From NCBI RefSeq assembly GCF_036321535.1, contig NC_087437.1, forward strand, positions 44,518,001-44,582,000: DNA of 64,000 nt, in the 5' to 3' direction. A program made the translations under genes and the position numbers. Positions 13,690 to 25,400 of the stretch are shown here, in pieces; position 1 is the first letter of the stretch; the number at the start of each line of letters is the position of its first letter. The DNA is from Camelus dromedarius (lineage: Eukaryota). Under the pieces are notes generated by a model. That model saw only the letters and a list, made by a program, of their open reading frames with translations. It had not been told where the DNA came from and did not search any database.

Positions 13690-14625
13690 ACTTATTATAT
13701 AGTTGTGAATGGATGAATGGACCAAGAATCATAAAAATAATTTTCAGGAGCAGGTAATTCTCAAAAGAAAATATGCAATTTGTCAAAATCACAAGCAAAA
13801 ATAAAGGTAACTTCATTAGTAATTTTTAAAAATTTGAATGAATAAATTTTAGCCAGATTGACAAATAGTTTTGAAAAGTAGTAATATTCAATGTTGGTGA
13901 CTTTGAGGGGAAACAAGTACTCACATATATTACTGGTAAGAATATAACTTGTTAGAGCTTTTCTGGAGGAAAATGAGTGGATAAAAAAACCATGAACACA
14001 GGAGTTTTTATATATATATATATTTTGTTGAAGTAGAGTTAGTTTACAATGTTGTGTCAATTTCTAGTGTACAGCATACTGCTTCAGTCTTAGATGAACA
14101 TTCGTTTTCATATTCTTTTTCACTGTAAGTTACTATATTTGACCTAGAAATTCTACCTGTGAAAATATATTTCATGAAAATAGTTATTTATGCAGTGATT
14201 TAACCAAAGGGAAGTTTGTTGCAATATACTATAAAAATTAAAAATAATTTGTGTGATCAACAGTCAGGAATAGTTTGTTAAATAACATTTGGTGACCTTT
14301 CTTTATAGTAGTACTTACATCACTTGTGTATAGTATATAGCTATTAAAATGATACAAAACTATACATATCAACGTGGACAAATGTTTAGTATACACTAAG
14401 TGAAAAACAATATTGCAAAATAGTATTTTTTGTAGGTGGTTTTATTTTGTAAGTATATGTATGGATGTGCATAAGCCCCAATAAAAGGGTCTAAAAACTC
14501 CAACATGTTAACATTTGCTACCTCTTGACTGGTCAGATAATGGGACACTGGGGTTTTGTGTGTGTGTGTGTGTCTCTTACTCACTAATGGTCACAGATTG
14601 CTTTAATAATAAAAGAGTATTTTTT
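13690..14625 (+). mobile_element. Old L1ME-type 3' fragment, interrupted by a young L1 tip
   Basis: aacaagtactcacatatattactggtaagaatataac...ttttctggaggaaaat...tttgacctagaaattctacc are degenerate L1 ORF2-end/3' UTR motifs. Confidence 0.6.
14010..14133 (-). mobile_element. Young L1 3' tip (~120 nt), same family as 32480-33390
   Basis: gttgaagtagagttagtttacaatgttgtgtcaatttctagtgtacagcat is the approximate reverse complement of the L1 3' end at 33325-33375. Confidence 0.8.
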
Positions 14626-16388
14626 AATATTTTAAAACTGCTTTTGAGAGAAGTTCATATTTTTTCTTGATATATTTTCCTGCAATAAGCAGAGTATTCA
14701 AAATCATTCCATTGATTATTCTTTTAGAGACTAGCAATTTCAGCATCTGAACATTAGAAGGCCTTTCAAGGACTTCAGTCTGAGCATTTGGAAAGTCAGT
14801 CTTAAATGTGGCCCTCTTATTCACGTAATATTTTCTTTTTTTCTGTCTCTCATTCTTCCTCTCTCCCTGAATCCTTGCCCTACCTTCATTAAAACACTGA
14901 TGGAAAAGAAAAAGTTGATCAGAGTGGTTTGTTATAGAAGGTACATGTTGGTCAATTATACTTAGCTTATGTTCTCAATGTTAGTTTTTTTCTTTTTACA
15001 AAGATAATTCATACTTGTTCATTACTTGTTTAAAAATGGAAAATACAGAACAAAGGCACTGGAAAGATGCCATTAATGTAGCATACTTAGATCGTGTCAG
15101 TTTGTATTTTTCTACATGTTATTTCCTTTATGTAGTTAGATCATATTATACTTACAATTATGTTTTGTTTTTCCAGTAGAAGTACCTCCTGAATATTTTC
15201 TCAGAGCTCTTTTCTTCAGGAGTAACTATTGTGCCATATCGGCATCTTTCCCATTCATTCTTTGATTCAGTAATTCTCTTAACTATGTGTCTGCTGTATA
15301 TGCAAGGTGTACAGTGGTACAAAAGAAAAACTTGATTTCTAACCCCATGGGGTGGTCCAGCCTGGGACACAAGTTGCTACCTTGCTTAGTCCACTGTAAA
15401 ACTGAATATGCCACATAAACAATAACTGGAAAGTGAAATATAGGTGTTAACTAGAGTCATACAATGAGCAGCAACTACGTTTACTCAACAGGACTCTGAG
15501 TCATACTCTCCCGTTATTCCCTAGTGTCCTTCTAATTTTCTTCTCTCCTGGGAAGCAAATAGGATTAGCAAATCATGGTTATTTTTTATATCGTGTAAGT
15601 CACACTACAGTGAATAAGATCTTTACCCCCCAAAATTAATTTAACGAGTTAAAACAAAGAGAATCTGGGATGTCAAGTTTATCTGTGCCATCATACTTAC
15701 CTATGGTGTACTTACTGAAGAACAGAGAGGAAACTTTGCATTAAGTATATTCATAGGAGGTAATCAGGGCCTATTTTAAAAATACTGAATGACAGAGAGA
15801 ACAGGAGCTGACCATTCAGGAGGCCCATCCCGTGGTTCTGTATATCCTTGTTAGTTGCTGTATCTTAGGGGTCTGTCTGGGACATCCAGGGCAGAGAGAC
15901 CAGAGTGACTTGTACAGTGGAGGCCCTCAGGAGTTCAGGACAGTGGCTGTTGCCATACAGTGTGAAAGGTTTTCAGCATTTTAGCAGATGTTGTGACAGC
16001 CTCAGCCCTGGAGGAAATAGATCAAAATACCCTGGGTGTCTTCTGCTCTAGGAAAGGACATGACAGTGGTCAGAACAGCTCTTCTTTTACGACTGAAATT
16101 TATCTGTGGCAGATCTTTTGTTAAACTCACAAAAGTACAAACATCCAGATCTACTTGGACAATTAAAAAAGGGAGGAATTCTAAAGGCTGACGACTGAAA
16201 TCAAATATAAATACTATCAGAATGCAGCTTAAATATTGTTGAGACAGAAAAGAAAGAGGTCGGTAGGATAACTCTCTGACTGGGCTTTGATAGTGAGGAA
16301 ATTTGAATTGTCTGCTTATTTTAAAAGGAAAACAGAAAAGGGCATCACTTTACCTTAGTCCCATCTATGAAATAGCAGTATATGAACT

Positions 16389-16435
16389 TCTAATGCATAT
16401 GATGATATTTTTAACAATTTGTTCTCCTCTTTTAG
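16389..16435 (+). promoter_or_regulatory. Branch point candidates, polypyrimidine tract and 3' splice site of the NAALADL2 exon
   Basis: ctaat (16390-16394) and ttaac (16411-16415) branch-like motifs, followed by tttgttctcctcttttag. Confidence 0.7.
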
Positions 16436-16577
16436 CTTTTCTTATTGGAAAAGGCTGGATTTGGAGGTGTTCTTCTATATATTGACCCCTGTGATTTACC
16501 AAAGACTGCAAATCTTAGCTTCATGGTGTCCCTGAATCCAGGAGGAGACCCTTCTACGCCTGGTTATCCAAGTGTTG
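16436..16577 (+). CDS. NAALADL2: Internal coding exon of NAALADL2 (PA/apical-domain region; equivalent to human exon 5)
   Basis: Acceptor ttgttctcctcttttAG (16434-16435) and donor G|GTAAGT (16578). The 142 nt are 47 codons + 1 nt, encoding LFLLEKAGFGGVLLYIDPCDLPKTANLSFMVSLNPGGDPSTPGYPSV. This matches recalled human NAALADL2 LSSLEKAGFGGVLLYIDPCDLPKTVNPSHDTFMVSLNPGGDPSTPGYPSVD. GDPxTPGYP is typical of the PSMA/TfR/NAALADase family. Confidence 0.95.
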
Positions 16578-16911
16578 GTAAGTTCATTGTTATTCCTTAT
16601 TATTCTTGTAAGCATTACAAGGTTGTAATTTATAAGTACGTGCTACCTAAAGTAATCAATGGTTAGTAAAGGTGAAGAATACTTAACACTCCATATTTTA
16701 AAAAGCAAAATTTTTATCTTCCCAAAGTTATAGACTACTCATTTTTTGAAATAAAACTTCCTGAAAAGTCTGTAATAGATTTTTGTCTCAATAAATTACA
16801 GTATTGCAAACAGAGAGAGAACGTTTTATGTGTTGTAGCCTTAACCCTCTTCAAAATGAAGCAATTCCTCGGTTTTTCTTTTACTAACTTGATGCTTGAA
16901 GAATGCTGTCA

Positions 16912-19574
16912 GTTTATTTTGTGTCTTCTACTTCTTTCATCAGTGTCTTACAGTGTGCAAGTCTTCCACCTACTTAGTTAAATTTATTCCTAGATATTTT
17001 ATTCTTTTGATGTAATGAAACTGTTTTCTTAACTTCGCTTTCTAATAGTTCATTATTAGTGTAGAGAAATGCCACAGATTTCTGTATATTGATTTTGTAT
17101 CCTGCAGCCTTACTTCTGAATGCATTTATTAGTTCTAACATCTTTTTGGTGGGGTCTTTCTATGTATAATATAGTGTCATCTGCAAATAGTGACAGTTTT
17201 ACTCCTTCCTGATTTGGGTGTTTTTGTTTACTTTATTGACTAGTTGCTGTGACTAAAATTTCTAATTCTAGGTTGAATAAAAGTGGCAAGAGTGGTATAC
17301 TTGCCTTGTTCTTGATTTCAGAGAAAAAGCTTTTAGATTTTCATCATTGAGTATGTTCTTAGCTGTGGGTTTGTCATATATGGCCTTACTATGTTGTGGT
17401 TTGTTCCCTCTATATCTACTTGGTTGACAGTTACTTGTCAGATGCTTTTTCTGCAACTTTTGAGATAATTAAATGATTTTGATTCTTCATTTTGTTAATA
17501 TGATGTATCACATTGATTATTTTGTAGATGTTGAATTATCCTTGCTTCCCTGTAATAAATCCCACTTGATCATGATGGATAATCCTTTTAAAGTATTGTT
17601 GGATTTGTTTTTTTGTTTTTTTTTAATAGTTTGTTGAGGATTTTTGTATCTGTGTTAATCAGTGATACTGGGCTGTAATTTTCCTTTTCTGTAGTGTTCT
17701 TGTGTGGTTTTAGTATCAGGGTAATGCTGGATTTGTAAACTGTTTGGAAGGTTTCCCTCCCTCTCAGTTTTTTGGAAGATAAGTATTAAATCATCTTTGA
17801 ACATTTTGTGTTAACACTGAGAGAAGAACAGGTATTACATCTGTTTTGACTGTTTTGTAGAATTTGCTAATGAAGCCGTCTGGTCCTGGGCTTTGTTTGT
17901 TAGGAGATTTTTGATTCCTGTTTAAATCTCCTTACTAATAATTGGTCTGTTCATATTTTCTGTTTCTTCATGATTTAGTCTTAGGGACTTTGTTTCTAGA
18001 AATGTATCCATTTCTTTTAAGTAGTACAATTTGTTGACATATGATTGTAGTAGTCTCCTGTGATCCTGTGTATTTCTCTGATTACAGTTATAACTTGTCT
18101 CATTTATGATGCTATTTATTTGTGTCCTCTCTTTTTTTCTTGGTTAGTCTAGCTAAAGGCTTGTTGACTTTTTTTTAATCTTTTCAAATCACTTGCTCTT
18201 AGTTTCATTGATGTTTTCTTTTGTTTTCTTTAGTCTATATTTCATTTATTTCCATTCTGATCTTTATTATTTCCTTCTTTCTGCTAATTTGGGGCCTCAT
18301 TTGTTCTTTGTTTTCTAGTTCCTTTAGATGTAAAGATAGCTTATTTATTTGGAATTTTTCTTGCTTCCTGATGTAGGCCTGAATTGATATGAACTTGATG
18401 TAAGTGGGTTGTTAAAGTCCCTACTATTATTGTATTGCTTTCAAGTTCTCCGTTTAAGTCCATTAATATTTGCTTTATATACCTTGGTGCTCCTCTGTTG
18501 GGTGCATATACATTTGTAAATGTTTTATCTTCTTGCTGCATTGACACTTTTTAAATTATGTAATACCCTTCTTTGTCTTTTATTATAGTTTTTGTTTTAA
18601 AGTCTATTTTGTCTGATACGAGTATAGCTACTCCAGCTTTTTCATTCCCATTTGCATGGAATATATTTTTTCACCCCTTCATTTTCTTTCTGTGTGTGTC
18701 ATTTCTTAATGAAGTGAGTCTCTTAACTAGATAACAGTTAAGTCTTGTTTTTTAATGTATTTTGCCCCTCCGTCTTTTGATTAGCTACTTTAGTTCATTT
18801 ACATTTAAAGTAATTATTGATAGATATGTACTTATTGACATTTTGTTTATTGTTTTCTGTTTTTTCTTCTCTTTCTTTCCTTCCTTATGTTTTGGTGGTT
18901 TTCTTTAGTGTTACATTTAGATTTCTTTCTCATTTTCCTTTGTGTATTTAATATAAATTGTTTCCTTATGGTCACTGTGAAGTTCACAAATAACGTTCTT
19001 GTAAGTAGTTGTCTGTTTTAAGTGCCCCAGCTGGTTACTTTCTAGCAGAAACTTTAAGATTAGGCAGTACATCTCCTTCACCTATATTTCATGTGCTTTC
19101 CAATCTGGTGTTTGGTGCTGATTTTCAGGCTAAAGGAGTCTGCCTGTAAGCCCTTTCTAAGAAGAAGTTTTTCATTCCCTGCAGTTCTGTAGTTTTCCTA
19201 AACATATTTCTCATTGGCTTTTCAAAGCCGTGTTTTGGGGCTTGTTTGTCTTGTGCAGGATCTAGGGGTTGAGATGCCTTATGTGGAGCTCAACCCATTG
19301 CTCCTCAGGATAAAGATCCATACGTTTGTGATTATTCACAGTTGTGGATTTCTGAGCCTGGGATGTGTTTTTCTTTTTTTCCCTTGTTGAGATCATATCT
19401 CTGCCTCGCTTACTCACCTTCATGCTGTCCTTGTACACTTTGCTGTAGAAGCTCTGTTCATCCAGTTTCCAAGTCCCTTTCCACTGGATTTATTCCATGT
19501 GTAGTTGTAGATTCATTTTGTCTGTGGGAGGAGATGAGTTCAGATCTTCCTATGCTACTATCTTGAATCCTCTC
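16912..19574 (-). mobile_element. Internally deleted L1: 5' UTR plus ORF2 EN and partial RT remnants
   Basis: ORF2 start at 18841 (MSISTYLSIITLNVN). EN motif NVYAPNRGAPRYIKQIL in ORF 18341-18547 and RT-region KAIYDKPTA in ORF 17268-17456. L1M-type 5' terminus ggagatgagttcagatcttcctatgctactatcttg near 19530-19570. Confidence 0.88.
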
Positions 19575-19579
19575 TTTGT

Positions 19580-20045
19580 CTGTTTTATAATGTGTACAAA
19601 ATAGAGAGAATAGCTCAATGAACCCTCCATCTACCTCAACCAGCTTCATTGGCTATCTGCAGTCTACCATTTCTGTTTTGCCTGTACATCCCCACATACC
19701 CCATAGCACCACTTACCTTTCCAAGTAAAATTTACACATACATCCTAACTGACAAAAGGATACAGCCATGTAATCTCCATCTCTATTCTGCATTTGAACA
19801 TTCCTGTCACCTCCAAAGGTTCTCTGAGTCACTTCAGAGTAATTCCCTGTCACCAACACCAGCTAGCCACCAGTTTCACATTTTCATGGTACACAATTTT
19901 AGATCATCATAAAAATGGAAACACAAGGTATGTATTCTGTTGTGTGCAGATTTTTTTGCTCAGAATAATGTCTGTGATATTTATTCATGGTTATAGACAT
20001 TAGTTATTCCCTTTTACTGCTGGAAAGTATACCACAATTTTTATA
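19580..20045 (-). mobile_element. Old L1MC/ME 3' UTR fragments
   Basis: gaacattcctgtcacctccaaaggttc...tcataaaaatggaaacacaaggtatgtattc...tataccacaattt. Confidence 0.6.
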
Positions 20046-20389
20046 TATGTTTAAGTAGTTAAAAAAAAACAAAAACCAAGAATATCAACACACTCTTCCA
20101 CAATGCATAACCCAAATGGATTGTTCAAACAAATGCATGATCTTATAGTTCTGCTCAATAAGTCTTGTTGCTTATCCAAATAATTCTTGATCATGATTGA
20201 ATCAGAGCAAAGAGTAAAAAAATTTTAAAATCTTTGCCCCTCTAACACAGAAAATAATTCATCATTCTTTTAACAAGAATGAGCCTTTAGCTTCATTTGG
20301 CATGTTAATTAACTACTCTGAGCCTTATTCTTTATAGAATAAAAAGGAGGATTATACTATTACATGCCTCACAAGATTGTAAGGAAGTG

Positions 20390-20506
20390 CAAAATTTTGA
20401 GCTCCACCTTAAATTTAAATAGAAACTCTCTGGAAGGCACCCAGTCATCTATCTTCTAATGAATTCTCCAGGTAACTCTGATGCAGCTGAATTTTGAGGA
20501 TCACTG
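20390..20506. mobile_element. MER5-like hAT-Charlie MITE fragment
   Basis: ctccaggtaactctgatgcagctgaattttgaggatcactg resembles the MER5A terminus. Confidence 0.55.
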
Positions 20507-22499
20507 AGCTAGAGAATCTGTACCTTTCTTTATCTGCAACATCTGAATTTGACCACTGGGGCTACTGACCTAAACTTTGTGACCTCACGTTACTGTTCTT
20601 TCAGCATCTTGTATCGCTGCCTCCACACTAATCAGGACTGAGGAACATATGTATTCTGCATCCTCAGCCCCATTTCTGTACTCGGAGGCTCTGAGTAAAC
20701 GCTTGTTGAGGAATAAGTTGTTCTCTTAATAACGACTACTTGCCTGATAATTCTGATCCTGGACTATACTTTAAAAAAAAAAGGATGTAGAAACACTTAA
20801 ACATAACTCTTCTCCTTAAATGCTTCTGTGAACTCTCTTGCATCTCTTTCACCACTCAGAAGAGCAGAGATTGCATTGATTCAAAACACTTATAAATTCC
20901 ATTTAAGATAGTAGGATATCAGAAGTCTAGTCTCTTAATTCCTTTGATAAGTTATCAAACATTTCAAAGATTAAATGTTCAGACTATCAAACTTTATTAC
21001 AACTGCTTCCACCAACTTGCCAGGAGTGTTTTAACTACATTAAACTATGATCCAAGCAAACCTTATTCCCTAGAACCATATAATTTTAGAATTCTAAGAG
21101 ACTTTAGCATATAAATAGCACAATTTTATTCTCACACTTGGAGCACAAGAAGCGTGATCATGTTATCTAAGGACTCAGATAAATGGGGCATGAGAACTGA
21201 CATTTACAGTATCTAGTTATAATTATAACACCAGTGATCACTTACAATCAGAGTTGTGCTTGGCCTAAAATCATTAACTTGGTACATAAGGTAAAGCTCA
21301 AAACAAAAAATCTGTGGGGTGAGCATAAACAGAGAAATGAGAGCTTAATGTCATTAAGGAGTATTCGATTTTGTCTATGTTGAAACATAGAAAAGAAAAT
21401 CCTATCCCGATTTCTAGGCATTAAGATTGTCAGACATCTGAAGGACTAGAGATGGTATTAGGAGTTAGAAATCCTTTTCTGTATTATTTCCCTTAATAAT
21501 ACATCTTCTGAAAACTCTGTAGGCTACGAGGAGATTTTAAATTTAGTATCGTCTCCAGATAACTGCCTGGCTATAATCTCTGGGCTACTATTTAACTGAA
21601 ACCCAAGATATTTCTTTTCTCTTGACTTAGACTTGATTCTCATTATACCCGATTTCCTGAAATCCATCCTGATTTAAAGCTTTCTGTCTTTGTCCCCTTC
21701 TCTGTTAAAAACCTTTTTTTTGTTTTCTTTTTGTTTTAAATTCTGGAGAGGAAAATCGTTTCCATCGTTTTACTCTATTGAAGTGTATCAAACGACACAG
21801 TTTATTTAGTATTCCTAGTGTTACAATTCAGTGGATGTGTGTGTTTGTTTACCTACTGTCTGTTCAACATCACCTCTGCCAACCAAAAGCATTCAAAGAA
21901 TAAAGCATATCACTGTAATTTGTGGCAAGTCTTCACCAGATGTTCTTGGTCCAGTTACCTGGACACATGTTGAAAGACTGACTTGAGTTGGCACTAAATC
22001 AATTGAGACAGTGTAAAACTAGAATAGCAGAAAATATAAATATGTGCTTAGTTGTCAAAGTGGAGTTAGATATTCACAGCATGAAATGCCTTGTCATTTG
22101 GTTGGGAAAAAATAAGTGTCTGTATTCTTACTACTTTACTGTCAGTGGTGGCTCTCGTATGTGTCCCAAATCCTTCCTATTTACATGAAATATTGTTCAA
22201 CACAGTTTCTGAGAACCATTTAAAGAGGAGCTCATTATTACACAGTGTGAATTTTTTTCAGAAAGCTTATTTTGCAACATATTGAAAAATAGATTGTTTA
22301 AATTCAAACTACTTTTAAAAAATCTAAATTTCATTTTGAAATATTATTTTGGTAACAAGTTTTCTTAGATTTCTTGGTTCCAAAAAATTGGAAATTTCCA
22401 ATTTATTGTTGAAGTGTCTAAGATCATAGCTTTCAGAAACATTTTTGAGTGGTTATTCTTAGAAAATCAGTATGCCATGTAGTGTATTAGCTGCTCATA

Positions 22500-22950
22500 A
22501 AAACACACATATATATTTAATTTACAACAATGAAGCCAAGAATAACAATGGGGGAAAGGTAGTTTTTTCAAAAAATGGTGCTGGGGAAACTAGATATCCA
22601 TATGCAAAAGAACAAAACTGTACTTTTATTTTACACCATCCACAAAACTTGACTCAAAATGAAAAAGAAACTTGAAATTAAGACATGAACATATACAACC
22701 ACTAGAATAAAACATAGTGGGGTAAGACCCTTTACATTGGTCTTGGCAGCGATGTTTTGTATTTGACACCAAAAGCAAAGGCAGCATAAGCAAAAATAAT
22801 TGGAAATACAACAAACTAGAAAGCTTTGCACAGCAGAGAAAACCATCAACCAGATGAAAAGACTACCTACTGAATGGGAGAACATATTTGAAAATCATAT
22901 ATCTGATAAGGGATTAATATTCAAAATATGTAAAGAACTCATGCAACTCA
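22500..22950 (+). mobile_element. L1 ORF2 fragment (post-RT region), sense
   Basis: Frames give YLIYNNEAKN and LCTAEKTINQMKRLPTEWENIFENHISDKGLIFKICKELMQL (L1 ORF2). Confidence 0.88.
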
Positions 22951-23720
22951 GTATTATGCTGAATAGAAGCAGAGAGAGTGACCACCCTTGTTTTGTTTCT
23001 CATCCCTAGAGGAAAAGTTTGCTTTTCAGTATTGAGTGTGACGTTAGTTGTGGGCTTGTCTTATGTGCCCTTTAATATGTTGATCTATATTCCATCTATA
23101 TCCAATTTGTTGGGGGTTTTATCATTGAAAGGATGTTGATTTTTTTCAAGTGCTTTTCCTTGACCCATTTAGATGATCATATATTTATCCTTTGTGTATG
23201 TGGAACCATCTTTGCATCTCAGAAATAAATCCCACTTGATCATTATATAAGATCCTTTTAGTATATTGCTTACTTCAGTTTGATACTGTTTTGTGAGATT
23301 TTTTTGCATCTGTGTTCCTCAGGGACTATTGGGCTGTAATTTTTTGTGTGTATGTGTTGTCCTTAACTGGCTTTGGCATCAGGGTAATGCTGACTTTGTA
23401 AAATGAATTTAGTATTTCTTCCTCTTCTGTTTTTTGGAGGAGTTTGAGAAGGATTGGTGTTAAATTTTATTTAAATGTTTGGTAGAATTCACCAGTGATG
23501 CTGTCTGATCCTGGACTTTTTTGGGGGAGGGAGGAGGTTTTTAATTATTAAGTCAGTCTCCTTACTGGTAAATTGTCAGTTCATATTTTCTGTTGCTTCG
23601 TAATTCAGTCTTGGTAGATTATGTATTAAATAGGGATTTATCCAGTCCTTCCAGATTATCCAGCTTTTTGACATTTAATTGGTTGTAGTAGTTGGTCTTT
23701 CCAACAATCTGTTTTTATTC
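22951..23720 (-). mobile_element. L1 ORF2 fragment (RT N-terminal half), antisense
   Basis: gtattatgctgaatagaagc...aataaatcccacttgatcat...tggcatcagggtaatgctg...tggtagaattcaccagtga, collinear with 17270-18060. Confidence 0.85.
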
Positions 23721-24304
23721 ACCTCTTTGTTACGTGTGTGTGTGTATAGATACCTACATATGCTTTTCTTCTTCTTTTGCGAAAGCTATGCTAATAAAGA
23801 AATAGTTGGTTTCCTTAGAGTTTCACTTCAAATTCAGTATAAGCTAAATCAAAATTCAGATGGAAAAATAGCTAAATAAACCAAGATACAAAACTGCCTA
23901 TTTGTCGGTCATAGTACATCATACATAAATTGCAAAGGGCAATAACTGAAGTGTGAGATGTTGCAACATAAGTTACATACTTTGTAGGAGGGAAACTGTG
24001 GAGGTGGTAGAAGAATATAAATGAGATCTTTCTAAATTTCCCAACAGAAGTGATGGGCTACATTATCAATTTATTGTCGTAGTTTATTTTAATCCCCTGC
24101 ATTAGCAGCAGCCCTATGAATTTGATATTGAATTTCACTAACAATCATTTGTTTCCTAAATATACTTACTTATTATCTTATTTTAGGTATTTATAAATAT
24201 GCTAAAATATGTTACCTGTACTGACCATTCATATGAAAGTTTACTATACAAATACAGGGTGCAATGTGTGCATTAAAGAAAGTTTACTTTGTTTTATGTA
24301 TTTA

Positions 24305-24348
24305 TGTGTGTGTGTGTGTGTGTATATGTGTGTGTATATATATATATA
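24305..24348. repeat. (TG)n(TA)n compound microsatellite
   Basis: Direct reading of the sequence. Confidence 0.9.
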
Positions 24349-24774
24349 TTGCATTTGACCTTTGAACCAAAGACATGCGGTAAAAAGACTTTGATCAAAA
24401 AATTAGGCTAGTTCTTTATTTCCCCCTTTAGTGGCTGCTATTTATTTGAAATATATTTAAATTCATTCATTTCTATTTATATTTCATTTTGATTAGTTTT
24501 TCTCTTTTTTGTGTAAAATAGAACATAGTTCCAAAAGTCAAAATCACACAAAGTGAGTGCTCTGAGTGTCACTGTCCTCCCACCTCGGCTCTTCCACCGC
24601 AGTTCACTTATCTCCCATTGGTCTTCTCTGTATTTGTGCGTGTAGAAATTAAGCAGATACATGTGTATTTCCTTCTTTTCCCTTCAGTTTTACATGAAAT
24701 GTAAACTTGTTGGTACTTTTTTTTTTCATTTAGCAGTTATTCTAAAAATCTTTCCATTACTACTTCTTAGAGTT

Positions 24775-25174
24775 TGTCGATGGTTAGGTTCTCCAGAAGC
24801 AGCAACTGAGAGTTTAGTTGGCAGGATTGTTGTTTGAGATCAGCACCTAGGAGAAAGCAGGGGCACAGGCGGGATTGGCCAGAGGGGAACGTGGAACTAC
24901 ACAGCAGGGCACCACTGGGGATAGGTGGTCTACCAGAACTGTCCATTAATGGACCACATGACCAGGCTTTGAGCCTCATCTGCCGTCAGTCTTTGGATGT
25001 GTGCCTCCCCAAGAAAGTCACATCACTGGGCAAGGTGATGCTCTGTGACCCAGGCCAACCCTGAAAAGTGTAACAGCTGGTGACTGCCTGCTGATAGGAC
25101 TCACAGCGGCAGGTATGGACAGAACAGAGTATCACCTTGGAACATCTGGACAGGATATTACAATGTCCACCAGA
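24775..25174 (-). mobile_element. ERVL solo LTR (LTR16-like)
   Basis: tgtcgatggttaggttctccagaagcagcaactgaga...ccctgaaaag...tgtccacca resembles the recalled LTR16 family. It forms a GC-rich island in an AT-rich background. Confidence 0.65.
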
Positions 25175-25221
25175 TATTTGTCTTTAATTCCATTCTTGGT
25201 CATGAGTTAGAAGGACCAGAG

Positions 25222-25400
25222 CTACACTGTCCAATGTAGAAGCCAATAGCCTATGTGGCTATTCAATTTTAAATTAAATTAATTATAATTAAGTAAAACA
25301 TAAGATGTAGTCATACTCCTTGCATTTCACATGCTCTGTAGACACATGGAACAATTACAGAGTGTTTCCATCATTAAGGAAAGCTCTTGGATGAGTGCTG
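25222..25400 (-). mobile_element. MER3-like hAT-Charlie MITE
   Basis: ctgtccaatgtagaagccaatagcctatgtggctattcaattttaaattaaatt...gtttccatcattaaggaaagctcttggatgagtgctg. Confidence 0.75.

Larger units (their letters stand above)
1..16435 (+). other. NAALADL2: NAALADL2 upstream intron (partial)
   Basis: No other NAALADL2-like peptide seen upstream of the exon. NAALADL2 is known to have very large introns. Confidence 0.8.

Noticed and set aside
16445..16666. ORF-track 73-aa protein as a standalone gene
   Set aside because: It is the NAALADL2 exon read from an internal TTG and running past the GTAAGT donor into the intron.
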